DNA of 64,000 bases from Zootoca vivipara (Eukaryota): contig NC_083288.1 in the NCBI RefSeq assembly GCF_963506605.1, positions 31,248,001 to 31,312,000 on the forward strand. The letters run 5' to 3'. The notes below the pieces were generated by a model. The model ran no database searches and was not told the origin of the DNA. It saw nothing but the letters and a program-made list of their open reading frames with translations. How positions within the stretch are numbered: the stretch's first letter is position 1; each line of letters begins with the position of its first letter. Below are positions 51,090-62,904 of this stretch, piece by piece. The translations under genes and the position numbers were made by a program.

Positions 51090-52240
51090 TCCCAACAAAT
51101 AAGACACCTTCTTGGCTTCTTAATCTCCTGCTTGTATTTTAACTGCTCAGTGGATTTGCTCTCGAAATTTGGAGAGACATAAGTAGTCCATACGTCAAGA
51201 TCCTTATGATCCCATCAAGCAGATGGGATCTTGGCAGCCCAGCGATGGAAACTCTTCTCGTAGCTTATAGCTTCCGCCTCACCGGCCAATGTAAAGGCCT
51301 TATGCACCAATGATTGATAAATCCACTGGTGCAAACTTCTCTTGGGGTGAGCTGCAGAAATAACCCCAGCAAATACTTGAAAGCCATCAAAGGTTCTCTC
51401 CACTTTAAGGGAGCTGGCCTTACCCTTGCCCGAAGCAACCTATTTATCCTTGTCTGGGCATTCATTAGGGGGAAGGAGTTTGAAAATATTCACATAGCGA
51501 CCATTGAGTATCCTGTTTAGCATTCTGGATGGCAAATGCACACTTGGAATAATATCCCTGACAGCATTGGTCGAAATTTTAACATCTTTGACCGGTTCAC
51601 CATCAATACATTCCAAAGGAAGGCCGTACCTGGTCCTGTAGGTGTTGGCTCTACACTGCCATGCCCACCTAGGCAGACCCAAAGCTCCCTCACCATGAAC
51701 CCAATACAGACCCAACGCCGCATCTGAATTATCATCAGAGGTCAGAGAAGATGTACCAGTAGAAGAGGAGGAGCAGTGGCAAGCTCGACAGACCAAGAGT
51801 GCTCGAGGGGCCGAAGCCCTGTGGGTGAAAGCCCCTCTGAGGGATGGGAAGGGAAAGGCAATGAAAGGAATGGAATTAACCAAGGAGGGAATAATAACTA
51901 CTGGGAAAATCAAGGGGGAAAGGGGGAATAAAGGAAAGAGATCACCAGGACGATCTATCAAAGGTAAATCGCGCTCTCTTTCAGTTGCCCAGAGAACACG
52001 CTGTTGCTGTTTCGAATGCATGCACCAAAAGAGGAAGCTCTGGGTCACGTGTATGGGTATATATAGGTCCCTCAATGCGTTTGGACTGCGCCCCATTGGC
52101 CAGATTGAACCCATCATCAAGGGACCTACCAATCGAGTGTTGTGGCTAACCAATCTTACCTACCCACAATACAGGAGGTCGGTCTCCAGGTTTCACCGCA
52201 ACAAGTACCCTCTTTGAAGGTGGACCTGATCTAGACACAT
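51090..52240 (-). mobile_element. DIRS/Ngaro-type element, 5' region and gag-like fragment
   Basis: HLPSRMLNRILNGRYVNIFKLLP and FQVFAGVISAAHP...Y...SYEKSFHRWAAKIPSA*WD..DLDVW resemble gag of tyrosine-recombinase retroelements. Confidence 0.6.
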
Positions 52241-52988
52241 ATAAAAACCATTCTGAAAATGCTTGTTTTAAAGCATTTTTAAAAATAAATTTAATTTTCT
52301 ATAAGGCTCATCATTGCTCTCTAGCATCACATTGTATATTACACTTAAAACACAGTTAAAACGTTTTATTTGCAGCTGTATAGTGGAGTCTCTGGAGGGC
52401 CCCTGCTTAGGGATGTAAGAACAAGCAATTTCTATTCTGACCTGTCAAGGTCATCTTTTTCCATCAGTTGTTGTTTAGTTTTTGCCAAATATGAAATTAT
52501 TTGTCTTATTTGTCCGCTATTTAATTCATATATGTAATTTACAAATATTATTAATTTTTCCTAATTAACAGTGTAATTATTTCCTCACTATACTTGTCAG
52601 CGAAAAGGCCATTCATTTCAATGTAAAAGGAAAAACAAATCAAATGGGGTGGAGGAAGTCAATGGTTATATATTGTTGGCAAACTGAAAGCCACCACAGC
52701 AGCAAATACCAACTGGTATTCACTGGATTGATTTCTGCTTCAGACATGGGCTAAATAAGCATCAATTTCCACCTCTGTTTCCATTTCCATCTGAATTCCC
52801 CCATATCCATATCCCCTGTCCTGTTTTCAAATAGTCTGGTGATCTTTCCACACCAGAGATGAAAATGGGGTCTTAGCCCTTTCTCTGCTGTACTAATTAT
52901 CAGTATCCAGAGATATAGGCTAAAAAGAGTAATTTTCTAAATCTGTGTTAGGTTCTGTGTAAATAATGTCATAAAAATGTATAATTGC

Positions 52989-55900
52989 TGTCACAGTGGC
53001 GGTAGTGGCTACTCTAGAGTAACGACGCCTCACAACTCTGCATTTTTATCCTTTTATTTAGTGCAGTCTATTTACAATGCAGAAACAGTACTATGTACAT
53101 GTTGTCAGTCCGGTGCAGAACCTCCGAATGGAGATTCCCGCGTCTTTCTCCAGCAAAGTAACCTGGGGATACTAAATCTCCGCCCCCGTCGCTTCCTACG
53201 CAATTCCGGGGTCACTGGGATCGGTCTTCGTCCCGCGTTTTCCCTACTTCCCCCTTCCTTTCCCAAGCGGCGCCTTGGCTCGGCTACCCTGCCTGAGCCC
53301 TGGCTTCTGCTTCTTGATTCCCCACTGGAAACATCCCCCTCCTCGCTCCCACTTGCGCTGGGCGAAGAGCTTGTGCTTAAGATGGGAGGGGGCTGTCTAT
53401 AGCTTCTGTCCCTCACATCCACCCCCAGGCCCCCCTCCCCCTCCCTCGAGGGCTCCGAGAGCGCTGGGGATGACTGGAAACGTATAAAGTCTGTGGCGCC
53501 TGAACTGGTGGGGGTGAAAAGTTGTTCCCAGTTCGGCTCCGGCGCCTCCCCCTCTGGCGGCGACGGAAAACCCAAAAAGTCAGTAGCATCCGAGTCCGTG
53601 GGCGAGAAGATTTGGTCCCAGTCCTCTACCGGCTCAGGTGCTCTGGTCACTGGGTAGAACCACCCCTCCTCTTCATCCTCCTCAAAACCCGCTTCCCATT
53701 GCCATGGGGAACTGCTCGTGGCTTCCCCTTCTGAGGGTTCCTCCCCCTCCCCATGTTGGTCTGTCCCCTCTCTCCTTTCCATGTGCCATGGCTGAGATAC
53801 TCCAGACCCCCCTCCCCTCTTCGGGAGTCAAGAATTTCCGTGGCCACATTGAGCTGCCTCATGCCTCCCCTCTCCCCCCGCCCTTGGGGGGGCTGGTCAC
53901 TGTCTTGGAACCTGTTGCTTCCCCTGTAAGGCGACAGCAACGACCTGTGAAACACTGGGTGTACCCTCATGGAGTCCGGCAGTTCCAGCCGGAACGCTAC
54001 TGGATTGACCTGCTGCGTGACCGTGAAGGGTCCCAACCTTCTGGGGGCTAACTTCTTGCACCTCCCCCTGGTCGGAAGGCCCTCAGAGGACAGCCAAACC
54101 CTGTCTCCCACCCTGATGACCTCCCCCGGTCGCCTTTGGCGGTCTGCCCCCTTCTTGTACGCTTACTTGGCCCTCTCCAAGTGCTCTCTGAGCTGCTGGT
54201 GCACAGTCTCCAGTTCCTCCGCCCAGTCCTCAGCTGCGGGGCCCTCCTCCTCCTCCTCCCACTCCCTCTCTGGGAATGATCTGAGGTCGTGCCCGTAGTT
54301 GGCCTTAAGGGGTGACACCCCTGTGGAGACGTGCACTGCATTGTTGTAGGCAAACTCTGCCAGTGGCAGTCGATCCACCCAGTCCGTTTGCCGCTGGCTG
54401 ACGTAGCATCTCAGGTACTGCTGCAGAATGGCGTTGGCCCTCTCCGCCTGTCCATTGGTCTGCGGGTACCGGGCCATGGACAGGCTGACCTCCACCCTCA
54501 GGAGGTGCATGAGCCAGCGCCAGAACCTGGAAACAAATTGGCGTCCTCTGTCCGATATAACCCTTAAGGGTAATCCATGCAGCCGGAAAATGTGGTCCAC
54601 GAACAGTTTGGCTGTCTCTTCTGCAGAGACCGCCCGTGCACAGGGTACAAAATGGCACATCTTAGACATGAGGTCCACCACCACCAACACTGCTGTCTTG
54701 CCCCTGGATGAAGGCAGATCTGTGATGAAGTCCATGGACACTACTTCCCACGGCCTGTGCGGCATGGGCAACGGCTCCAGCAACCCTGCTGGCGCTGCTC
54801 TGACCACTTTGGCTCTCTGGCAGGTGTCACACCCCTAACGTAGTCCCGAACATCCTCCCGCACCCCTGGCCACCAGAAGTGTCTCATGACCAAGTGAGTG
54901 GTCTTGTCCCTTCCAAAATGCCCAGCCGTTGGGTTGTCGTGCATCTGCTTGAGGACCTTACCTCTGAGCTGGGTGGTGGGAAGGTACAGGGCTCCCCTGT
55001 AAAAGAGCAACCCCCTCTGTTCCTCAAAGTCCTTCACTTGCCCCCTTCCCCCTTGAAGGTCTCGAAAGATGCATGTGGCGAACTCATCCCCTGCCGTCAG
55101 TGCGGTGAGTTCTGCCTCACTCACTACTGCTGCCCCGCATGTCCATGCCGATGGGGGGAAAACGTGCCGGTGTGCTGGTGGCAACTCCTCCTCCATGTAC
55201 TCTGGCTTGCGGGAGAGGGCATCTGCCGTGACATTCTGCTCCCCCGGTATGTAGTGGATGGAGAAGTTGAAGTGTGAAAAGAATTCCGCCCACCGTATCT
55301 GCCGCTGGTTGAGCACCCTGGCCGTTCTCCAGAACTCCAGGTTCTTATGGTCCGTGCACACCTGGATGGGGTGCTTTGCGCCCACCAGGAAGTGTCTCCA
55401 GTGTTTAAACGCAGCGTGAATGTCGAAAATGGTGTAGTTGCGTTCGGGCTGGCTAAGCTTCTTGGAGAAAAAGGCACACGGCCTCCACTCCCTGTTGGCA
55501 TCCAGTTGCAACAGCACGCCGCCCATCTCTCTATCTGAAGCATCTGTTTTGACACGTAGGGGTGCATCCTGCACCACGTGGAACAAGTTCTGGTCGGAGG
55601 CGAACACTCTCTTAAGGCCCTCGAACGCTGCTTGCGCCTCCGGTGTCCACCTGAACTTTTGCTTGCCTCTCAAGCAGTCTGTGATGGGAGCCGTGACATG
55701 GGAGAATTTCTTGATGAACTTCCTGTAGAAGTTGGCGAAGCCCAGGAGGCGTTGGGCGTCCTTGCGTGTCCTGGGGCTCTGCCAGTCCAGGATAGCCTGC
55801 ACCTTGTCCTTGCCCATCGCCAGTCCCTTGTCCGATAGCTTGTAGCCCAGGAACTCCACCTCCTTGGTATGAAACCTGCACTTCTCCAGTTTCACATACA

Positions 55901-56251
55901 GGTGGTTCTCTTTGAGGCGCTGCAAGACTTCTCGGACGTCCTTCACGTGCTGTACGGGGTCACTAGAGTAAATAAGGATATCATCCAGGAAGACCACGCA
56001 GTTCTTGAAGAGTAGGGACCCCAGGACGTGGTGCATGAAGGCCTGGAAGCAGGCTGAGCCCCCCTGCAATCCGAAGGGCATCACCAAATACTCAAAGGAA
56101 CCGAGTGGCGTAACATCGTGGTTTTCCACTCATCCCCTTCTCGGATCCTGATTCCCCACTGGAAACATCCCCCTCCCTGCTCCCACTTGCGCTGGGCGAA
56201 GAGCTTGTGCTTAAGATGGGAGGGGGCTGTCTATAGCTTCTGTCCATCACA
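52989..56251 (-). mobile_element. Gypsy/Ty3 LTR retrotransposon with an internal deletion (gag/protease lost)
   Basis: 3' LTR 52989-53417 (TGTGA...TGACA) preceded by a polypurine tract; 5' LTR remnant ~56134-56251; flanks AATTGC/ATTTGC; pol with MPFGL, FLDD, TDASD, HHCC-type region, integrase core, GPF and a truncated chromo-like domain. Confidence 0.92.
53790..56129 (-). pseudogene. Gypsy pol (RT-RNaseH-integrase), frameshifted
   Basis: ORFs 54741-56129, 54163-54807 and 53647-54111 are consecutive pol segments in different frames. Confidence 0.88.
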
Positions 56252-56594
56252 ATTTGCATATTACAGGCTTTTAACCTGCCCCCCCCACTCCCCAGATCAT
56301 GATGGTAGTAAAGGCATAGTAGGAATCTGTCTGTTGAGACATCTTTTCCTGGAGCATAGAGGGAATAATTCTCGATTTCAGGTCAGATGTAATCCTTTTC
56401 TAAGGAAGCTTCATGATTTACTCATTGCAAGATAAGATCCACTTCCCTTTGTTCTTGGCATTGTGCACAAAGAGGAAACAAAAAATAATGAGGCACACTG
56501 AGCTGCTGTTGGGAAATATAAACACATGCCATTTCTTCTGGCTGAGCAAACATCAGACACCTGTAGTTGGAGGAAGGAAAAGCAAAATGGGGCT

Positions 56595-56601
56595 TATAAA
56601 A
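56595..56601 (+). promoter_or_regulatory. Candidate TATA box of the FN2 gene
   Basis: TATAAAA 40 nt upstream of the signal-peptide ATG. Confidence 0.5.
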
Positions 56602-56634
56602 AGAGTACCTCTGTCAGAGTTCCTTAGAGAAGAG

Positions 56635-56701
56635 ATGGGCTCCATCATGGCATTCCTCTTGCTCACCTGTGGTCTCTTACTATTGTTGCCTGAAGCTGTG
56701 G
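56635..56701 (+). CDS. BSP/ELSPBP1-like FN2 protein, exon 1 (signal peptide)
   Basis: MGSIMAFLLLTCGLLLLLPEAV; donor G|GTAAG; phase 1 matches the next exon. Confidence 0.75.
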
Positions 56702-57999
56702 GTAAGAAATATTCCATTGATTGTTTCTGATTCATCTTAACGAGGCTAGTGGATCATTGATCTCTGCTTTCAATGGATCTCTTACAGCTAGCTATCACTT
56801 GCATCAACTTGTGTTTAGCTATGGTCCTGTCTTAGTGGGGGAAAGATGACTTACAGTCTGTCCACCCATCAGTAAGCCCCACTGAGTTAATGGGCTTGCC
56901 AGTGCTGTTTTTCTAGAAAAAGAGGTGCTGGAACTCAACATGAACAGCTCCCCATTTCTATTATAATGGCAATGGCACCTACCTGAGAGGTGCTGGAAGT
57001 GAGTTCTGGAGAGTTCGGGCTGATAAAACAACCCTGGGCCTTACTCCCAGGTAAATGTGCACAGGATTGCAGCCTTCATAGAGGTTCTATAGCCCTTAAA
57101 TGAAACCTCAGGCATGTATAACTAAGGGTAGACTGAAATTCCTTCCCCTTAAAACCGCCACATCCTTCCCTTGCCAAAATGGGGCATGGTTTTCCGCTGC
57201 TTTTAGAACCATCTGAAGGCAGCGTGTTTAGGGAAGTTTTTAATATTTGATGTTTTAGTATGTGATGTGAACCACCCAGAGTGGCTGGGGAAACCCAGCC
57301 AGATGGCTGACGTATAAATAATACTAATATTAATATTATTAATAATAATTAATAATAATAATTGGCTCACCCATACTTACCTCTCTCCACATTTCTAGGC
57401 ACAGGTCCGGGCTTTCCAGGTCCACATCTGATCTTACTGCTTGTTTTTGGACCTGGCATCCCTGAAAACCCACTCTTTACCACTGAATTGGAGCAAATGG
57501 CAATCCATGGAAAACCCAAAATGCCATTCAATCTGATTCAGTGGTAAATATTGGGTTTTCCTGGGACACTGGTGGGAAAAAAAAGCACTCAGATATGGAC
57601 TGAGAAAGCATGGCTGCTGGTCCCAAGTGCCTCTACTGCAGCCCAGGTTGGGTGGGATCCTCCAGTGACTACATATGGTACCAGTCTGTGGTACACTGGG
57701 GAGTGGGGAATGCCAGCCCACCACAGAAGACAGCTTGAGAAGCAGTGCCTTGCTCTGTATCCACTGCTCGCTCACTGCTAGTTTTTGAAGCCACATTCAC
57801 ATGGTACTAGCCACGATCCATATTGATGTTGTACTTTCTGCTGTTTGGTGTGTGATTTTCTTAAATCAGCTTCAATTTGACTACAAAACTGAATGCTGAG
57901 TAAGTGGAAATTGAGACACCTGTTGCACATGCATGGATGATAACTACACCCTTTCCAGTTAATGAATTGCAGTTCTTATTCTTACACCTTTGTCCCCAG

Positions 58000-58164
58000 T
58001 TTCCATTACATTTGGTAAGCCTTGTGTCTGCCCATTTATTTACAACGGTAAATCCTATTCCTCTTGCACCATGGATGACGCTATTCGGTGGTGGTGTGCC
58101 ACAGAAGTTGACCCTGACACGAAAGAAGTGATCGAATCTAAATGGAAACATTGTGAGACTGAAG
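58000..58164 (+). CDS. BSP/ELSPBP1-like FN2 protein, FN2 domain 1 exon
   Basis: KPCVCPFIYNGKSYSSCT....WWCAT...KWKHC; AG/GT bounded; phase 1-1. Confidence 0.88.
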
Positions 58165-58410
58165 GTGACCTGTATTTTCTTCTATTTCTGGTTTCCTATG
58201 TCACACGTATGCATAGCCATTTCCTTATGCCTGAAATATGACAAATCTCCTTCCAAGGATTAGATAAAAGTTGTTTCAAGCAACAAGATCTCTGAAGAAA
58301 TGAAACACATCACCAGTATGTTAATTTGAAAAATATGGTTCAAACTATTTACCTAAGAGGCACTTTTGTACAAATATTTCCTACTAATAATTGATAAAGA
58401 TTGCATAGAG

Positions 58411-58529
58411 CAGGCACCCCCAGACTTTGGACTACAATTCCCATCTTCCCCGACCACTGGTCCTGTTAGCTAAGGATCATGGGAGTTGTAGGCCAAAACA
58501 TCTGGAGGGCCGCAGTTTGGGGATGCCTG
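58411..58529. mobile_element. hAT-type MITE (internally deleted)
   Basis: Same family as 36569; flanks GCATAGAG / GCATAGAC. Confidence 0.8.
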
Positions 58530-59071
58530 GCATAGACCATAAAAGTCACATGTCATCTTTTCTAATATTACTGACATTACATTGGCATAAATGCCAGCTA
58601 TCCTCATGTCTTGTTTTATATCTAGTATAACTTGAATTCATTCACTTAATCTTTCTTTATAGTTTCTTGTTTCTTTAACATTATTGTCAATTGAGCAATT
58701 GTCTCTTGCTCTCACAGGCTCCTGACCAATTCTTTTGTCCATGGTTTGTAGCTATATTTCTAAGCCTTTGTAAAGGAGAATCAGCTGCTGAGTGGGTCTT
58801 TCCCTCTTGTTAGCTTTTAGCTCTTTCTTAAAAAAAAAAAAGCACGATCTGCCTTTAGCCCCTGTGCAATTCGGCTCCAGGGACCATGCATTCACTCCAT
58901 AAGATGCACAGACATTTCATCTTACTTTTTAGGAGGAAAAAAGTGTGTCTTATGGAACAAAAAATACAGTATATATATGTGACTTGTTCACCATTTTGTT
59001 TTATTTTTTTGTATTTTATGATCACCACTACTATGTTTCAATGCATATAATCTCACTCTGTTTGGGTCTAG

Positions 59072-59230
59072 AGAATGGAGGTAATGATGGTGGACGACCC
59101 TGTGTCTTCCCCTTTGTGTACAAAGGCCAAACCTTCAACACCTGCATCAATAAAGGTGCAAAGGATTACTGGTGTGCAACAACAAGGAACTATGACAAGG
59201 ATGGGAAATGGAGCTGGTGTGCTGATACCA
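59072..59230 (+). CDS. BSP/ELSPBP1-like FN2 protein, FN2 domain 2 exon
   Basis: [23 protein letters not shown]...[18 protein letters not shown]; AG/GTGAGT bounded; phase 1-1. Confidence 0.9.
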
Positions 59231-59751
59231 GTGAGTATGATGCAGGGGGCTGGATTAACAGGAGTGGTTGGCCGGATGAATAATTAGTGAAGGCACTTTG
59301 TAGGCCAATGAGAGTGAGAGGGAAGTCCAGCTTTCTCCAATCTGGTGTCCTCCAGACATTTTAAACTGCAGTTCCCATCACCACTGACCAGTGGCCATAC
59401 TTGTTGGGGGAAGACTGATGTGAAACACCTGGAAGGCCCCACATTGGGAGCACTTGCTTTGCATGCAAAACATCAAAATTTCATTCCCCAGAATCTCCAG
59501 GTAGGGCTGGAAGAGAGTCCTTGCCAATCAGAGTAGACAACTACAAGCTAGATAGATCTAGCATCTGACTCAGTTTGGACTGAGCTACATTGCTCATGTT
59601 ACAATGCTATAACTGCATTATAAACATGTGATACCAGTTGGCTCTGCAGAGCACACAACTTTGTGCAATTTCACATAGTTTTTTCTCTTTAGTTATAACA
59701 ATTTAATTTATGACTTGTTTTAAAGTGTTTCCCCCCTGTGTGTTAGTTTGT

Positions 59752-60258
59752 GGATTAGTTGCAGTTTCTGGGTGACCTTCAAAGGTAGCCCCACGTAGAG
59801 CGCATTGCAGTAATCCAAGTGGGAGATAACCAGAGCATGCACCAATCTGGCGAAAGAGTCTGCCGGCAGGTAGGGTCTCAGCCTGTGTACCAGCTGGAGC
59901 TGATAGACAGCTGCCCTGGACACAGAATTAACCTGCGCCTCCATGGACTGCTGGGAATCCAAAATGACTCCCAGGCTGCGCACCTCGTCTTTCAGGGGCA
60001 CAGTTGCCCCATTCAGGACGAGGGAGTCCTCCACACCTGCCCACCTCCTGTCTCCCACAAACAGTACTTCTGTCTTGTAAGGATTCAACCTCAATCTGTT
60101 AGCTGCCATCCATCCTCCAACCGCCTCCAGGCACTCACACAGGACATTCATCGACTTCAATGGTTCTGATTTAAAAGCGAGGTAGAGCTGGGTGTCATCT
60201 GCATACTGATGAACACCCAGCCCAACACCCCTGATGATCTCTCCCAGTGGCTTTATAT
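59752..60258 (-). mobile_element. L2-clade LINE RT fragment
   Basis: HQYADDTQLY, LRLNP.KTE, SLGVILDS, HLDYCNALY. Confidence 0.85.
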
Positions 60259-60259
60259 A

Positions 60260-61200
60260 CCATTTCCCCCACATTTTAAGATGTAGTCATAAAGTAAGCC
60301 ATAGCAGGGTTTTTAAACATTTGCAAAATATAAGACATACCCCCAAAATAAGGCATACTTCTGCGCCAGACTGCCAAGTGCCTCAGCCAGCCAGTAGGAC
60401 CCAGCACTCCGGCCGCGGAAGGAAGAGGAGGAGGCCTCTTGGGTCGGCGTCTGGAAGTGGCTACTGCTGCCATGCCATGCCGTGCCATGCCCTGCCTTGC
60501 GGAGCGAGACCACAAGCGCCCCAGCCAGCCAGCCAGCCAGCCAGCAAGACCCAGCACGCCAGCCGCGGCAGGAGGAGGAGGAGGAGGCTTGCTGGGTTGG
60601 CGCCTAGCAGCGCCATGCTGCTGCTGCTGGCTTCCGGAGGCTCGGGCGCTGGTGGGCACCGACCCGGCAGGCTGCCTGTGGTCCTTGTGCTTGTGCCTCT
60701 TACGGTACTCAGCAACTCACTGCCATTTTCCTTTCCCTTCGTTTCCCTTCTGTCTTTCTCTCCTACACACTTTCGGTCTGTTTTCTGCTCATCTTTCCAC
60801 TTCCTCTTCCCTCTCGCTCTTCTCCTCCCCAGGCTGCTGTCTTCAGGAGGCTCGGACACTCCGCACGGCGCTGCTGGGTGCATACCCGGCAGGCTGCCTC
60901 CCGTCCTTGTGTTTGTGCCTCTTACGGTACTCAGCAACTCATTGCCATTTTCCTTCCTCTTCCCTTTTGTTGTTCTTCAGCCTCCAGTCTTTCCCTTCGT
61001 TTCCCTTCTGTCTTTCTCTCCTACACACTTTCGGTCTGTTTTCTGCTCGTCTTTCCACCTCCTCTTCCCCCTCGCTTTTCTCCTTCTCAGGCTCTCTCTG
61101 CATTCCCTCGCCTTCCTGCCTCTCCCACACCGCGTTTTCTCACCTCCAAATACTCCTCCCTACCTCCTCAGTCCCTCTTGTCCTTCCATGGTGCTTTCCC
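60260..61200. mobile_element. MITE-derived composite (family of 15560-15797) with a GC-rich and CT-rich duplicated interior
   Basis: Starts with the ACATTTTAAGA...AAGCCATAGCAGG head; ~60660-60830 is repeated at ~60885-61085. Confidence 0.6.
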
Positions 61201-61728
61201 GTTTCACTCTTTTTACCACTCTTTATTATCTGTTAGTGTCTATAATGAAAGAGAAAAAGAGCAAGAGGATTTTCTTTCTCTTTGTTCCCCTTTGCTCTTC
61301 CTGTACACGACGCAAGGTTTCTCAGCACAACTTTCATAAATTGACACAAGGTGAGCCTCCTTATTTCTGAATTCCTTGTAACTATAAAATGTTTACATAA
61401 AATCAGCTGTCCCCCCGATACTCTTCTCTTTCACTATTTCTCCTTTGGGGTAGCTGTTTTCTGCGTCAGTTTAACTATTGAGAAACTTAGTGCCACTTCT
61501 GAGGCGTCTCACTTTTCTGCTTTCCTCTTTGCCACAAAAGTACGGTCGCCCCCTTTTCTCGATATAAATAGTTGTCGTAGATATAAATTAATAGAAGTAA
61601 ATCTATTGTACTTCCCAGAACTTGTTAGTTGGAAGAATCTTTTCCATTTTTTAATCATTTGGGCTATAGGTTTCATTGGAACCGTTTAACATAAATGATA
61701 TTTTGTCTACTCTGTTCTCATTTTCCAG

Positions 61729-61763
61729 GAAGTCCTCCAAGTGTCGGCTGTAAATATCAATGA
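61729..61763 (+). CDS. Candidate terminal coding exon of the FN2 gene (RSPPSVGCKYQ*)
   Basis: Strong acceptor TCTGTTCTCATTTTCCAG; phase-1 reading closes at TGA; AATAAA at 61935-61940. Confidence 0.35.
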
Positions 61764-62904
61764 TTCCTGTTATCCAGTTTGGATCACAACAGGTGGATGG
61801 GTAAATGAAAGATCATTGGGTGCGCCAACTAGAAGCCTTGCTTAGTGGGTTGTGCTGCAAATAATTTAGAAGAATGATGACCCTGTTACCAATATATAAA
61901 GTCTGACCCTATATAACCCTGATGGTGGCCTAAAAATAAATAAGATGTGGCAGTGGGAGATTATTAATGTTTGTCAAACTGTATCTTTGTGCTACAAAAA
62001 TAAAGCATTTCTTTTAGTTTGTTGGGCAGCATAAAAAAAGTATGATGAGTCATCACTATGAAATATGATGAGTGCGGGAGAAGGTTTTTGCAACTGCATC
62101 ATTCGGATTGCATAGTCTTCATAGGATGAATGAAAATATGTACATGTGGCTGGTTGTATGTGAGAGTTTGTGTGTTCTATCACACACTTCACCCAAACAT
62201 CCAAAAGCTTCCCAAGTGGTCTTTAACCTTCACTGGTTTATGTCAAAGAAATATCTGTAGTAGATAAGGTGAGTATGATTCAGTATTCAGAGATATCCTA
62301 GTTAAAGCCAGCAGCAAGCATCAACCAAGCAAAGCTCTCATGCCCAGCCAATGCCCTCAGCCCTGAAGGGGACAGAACATTTCATAGAACTTGTGGCATA
62401 TTGAGTTTATTGTCAACTGGGAACCGTGCTATTCCTGGCTCCCAGGTTATGACTCATATGTTTATTGCATTCCTACTTTATATTTGTATATATGAGCATA
62501 AAACATTCTAAATATGCATCTACAGAATGTAATATGTGGCACAGCCCTTAAATTAATAAGAAGGATTAGATTGTTGTTGATCAACAGGATTACCTGGAAC
62601 TGTTGCATGAATCAATAAGATGGTTTCAGAGAAGCCTGCATTCCCAGGGGCAGGAAATTGTTCATTTTGCAAGAATAAATAAATAATAATAATAAAAAAA
62701 TCTCAGACACTTTTACAGAACCGGACACAAATCTCTCATGCTGTTTACTTTTCCAAGCTTCACTTCATTCCACTAGGGTGCTCTGAGAACAAAAATGAAC
62801 CCTGTTCCCATTTTCAATTAATGGGTGTTGAGGGAATTGAGTTCATTCTAATTATGTCGAGCTTGTTGCATCATTGCATTGCTTGTTACATAACAAGTTG
62901 GATT

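Noticed and set aside
57399-57420. Possible micro-exon between the signal exon and FN2 domain 1
   Set aside because: The acceptor is plausible but the donors (GTCCGG, GTCCAC) are weak, and the gene splices in frame without it.
23893-58529. Recurrent ~136 bp palindromes that might suggest an array
   Set aside because: Dispersed copies, several with 8 bp TSDs, i.e. hAT MITEs; there is no spacer-repeat array and no CRISPR in this window.
60234-61370. 378 aa and overlapping long ORFs
   Set aside because: GC- and CT-rich interior of a MITE-derived repeat that is poor in stop codons; no domain motifs.
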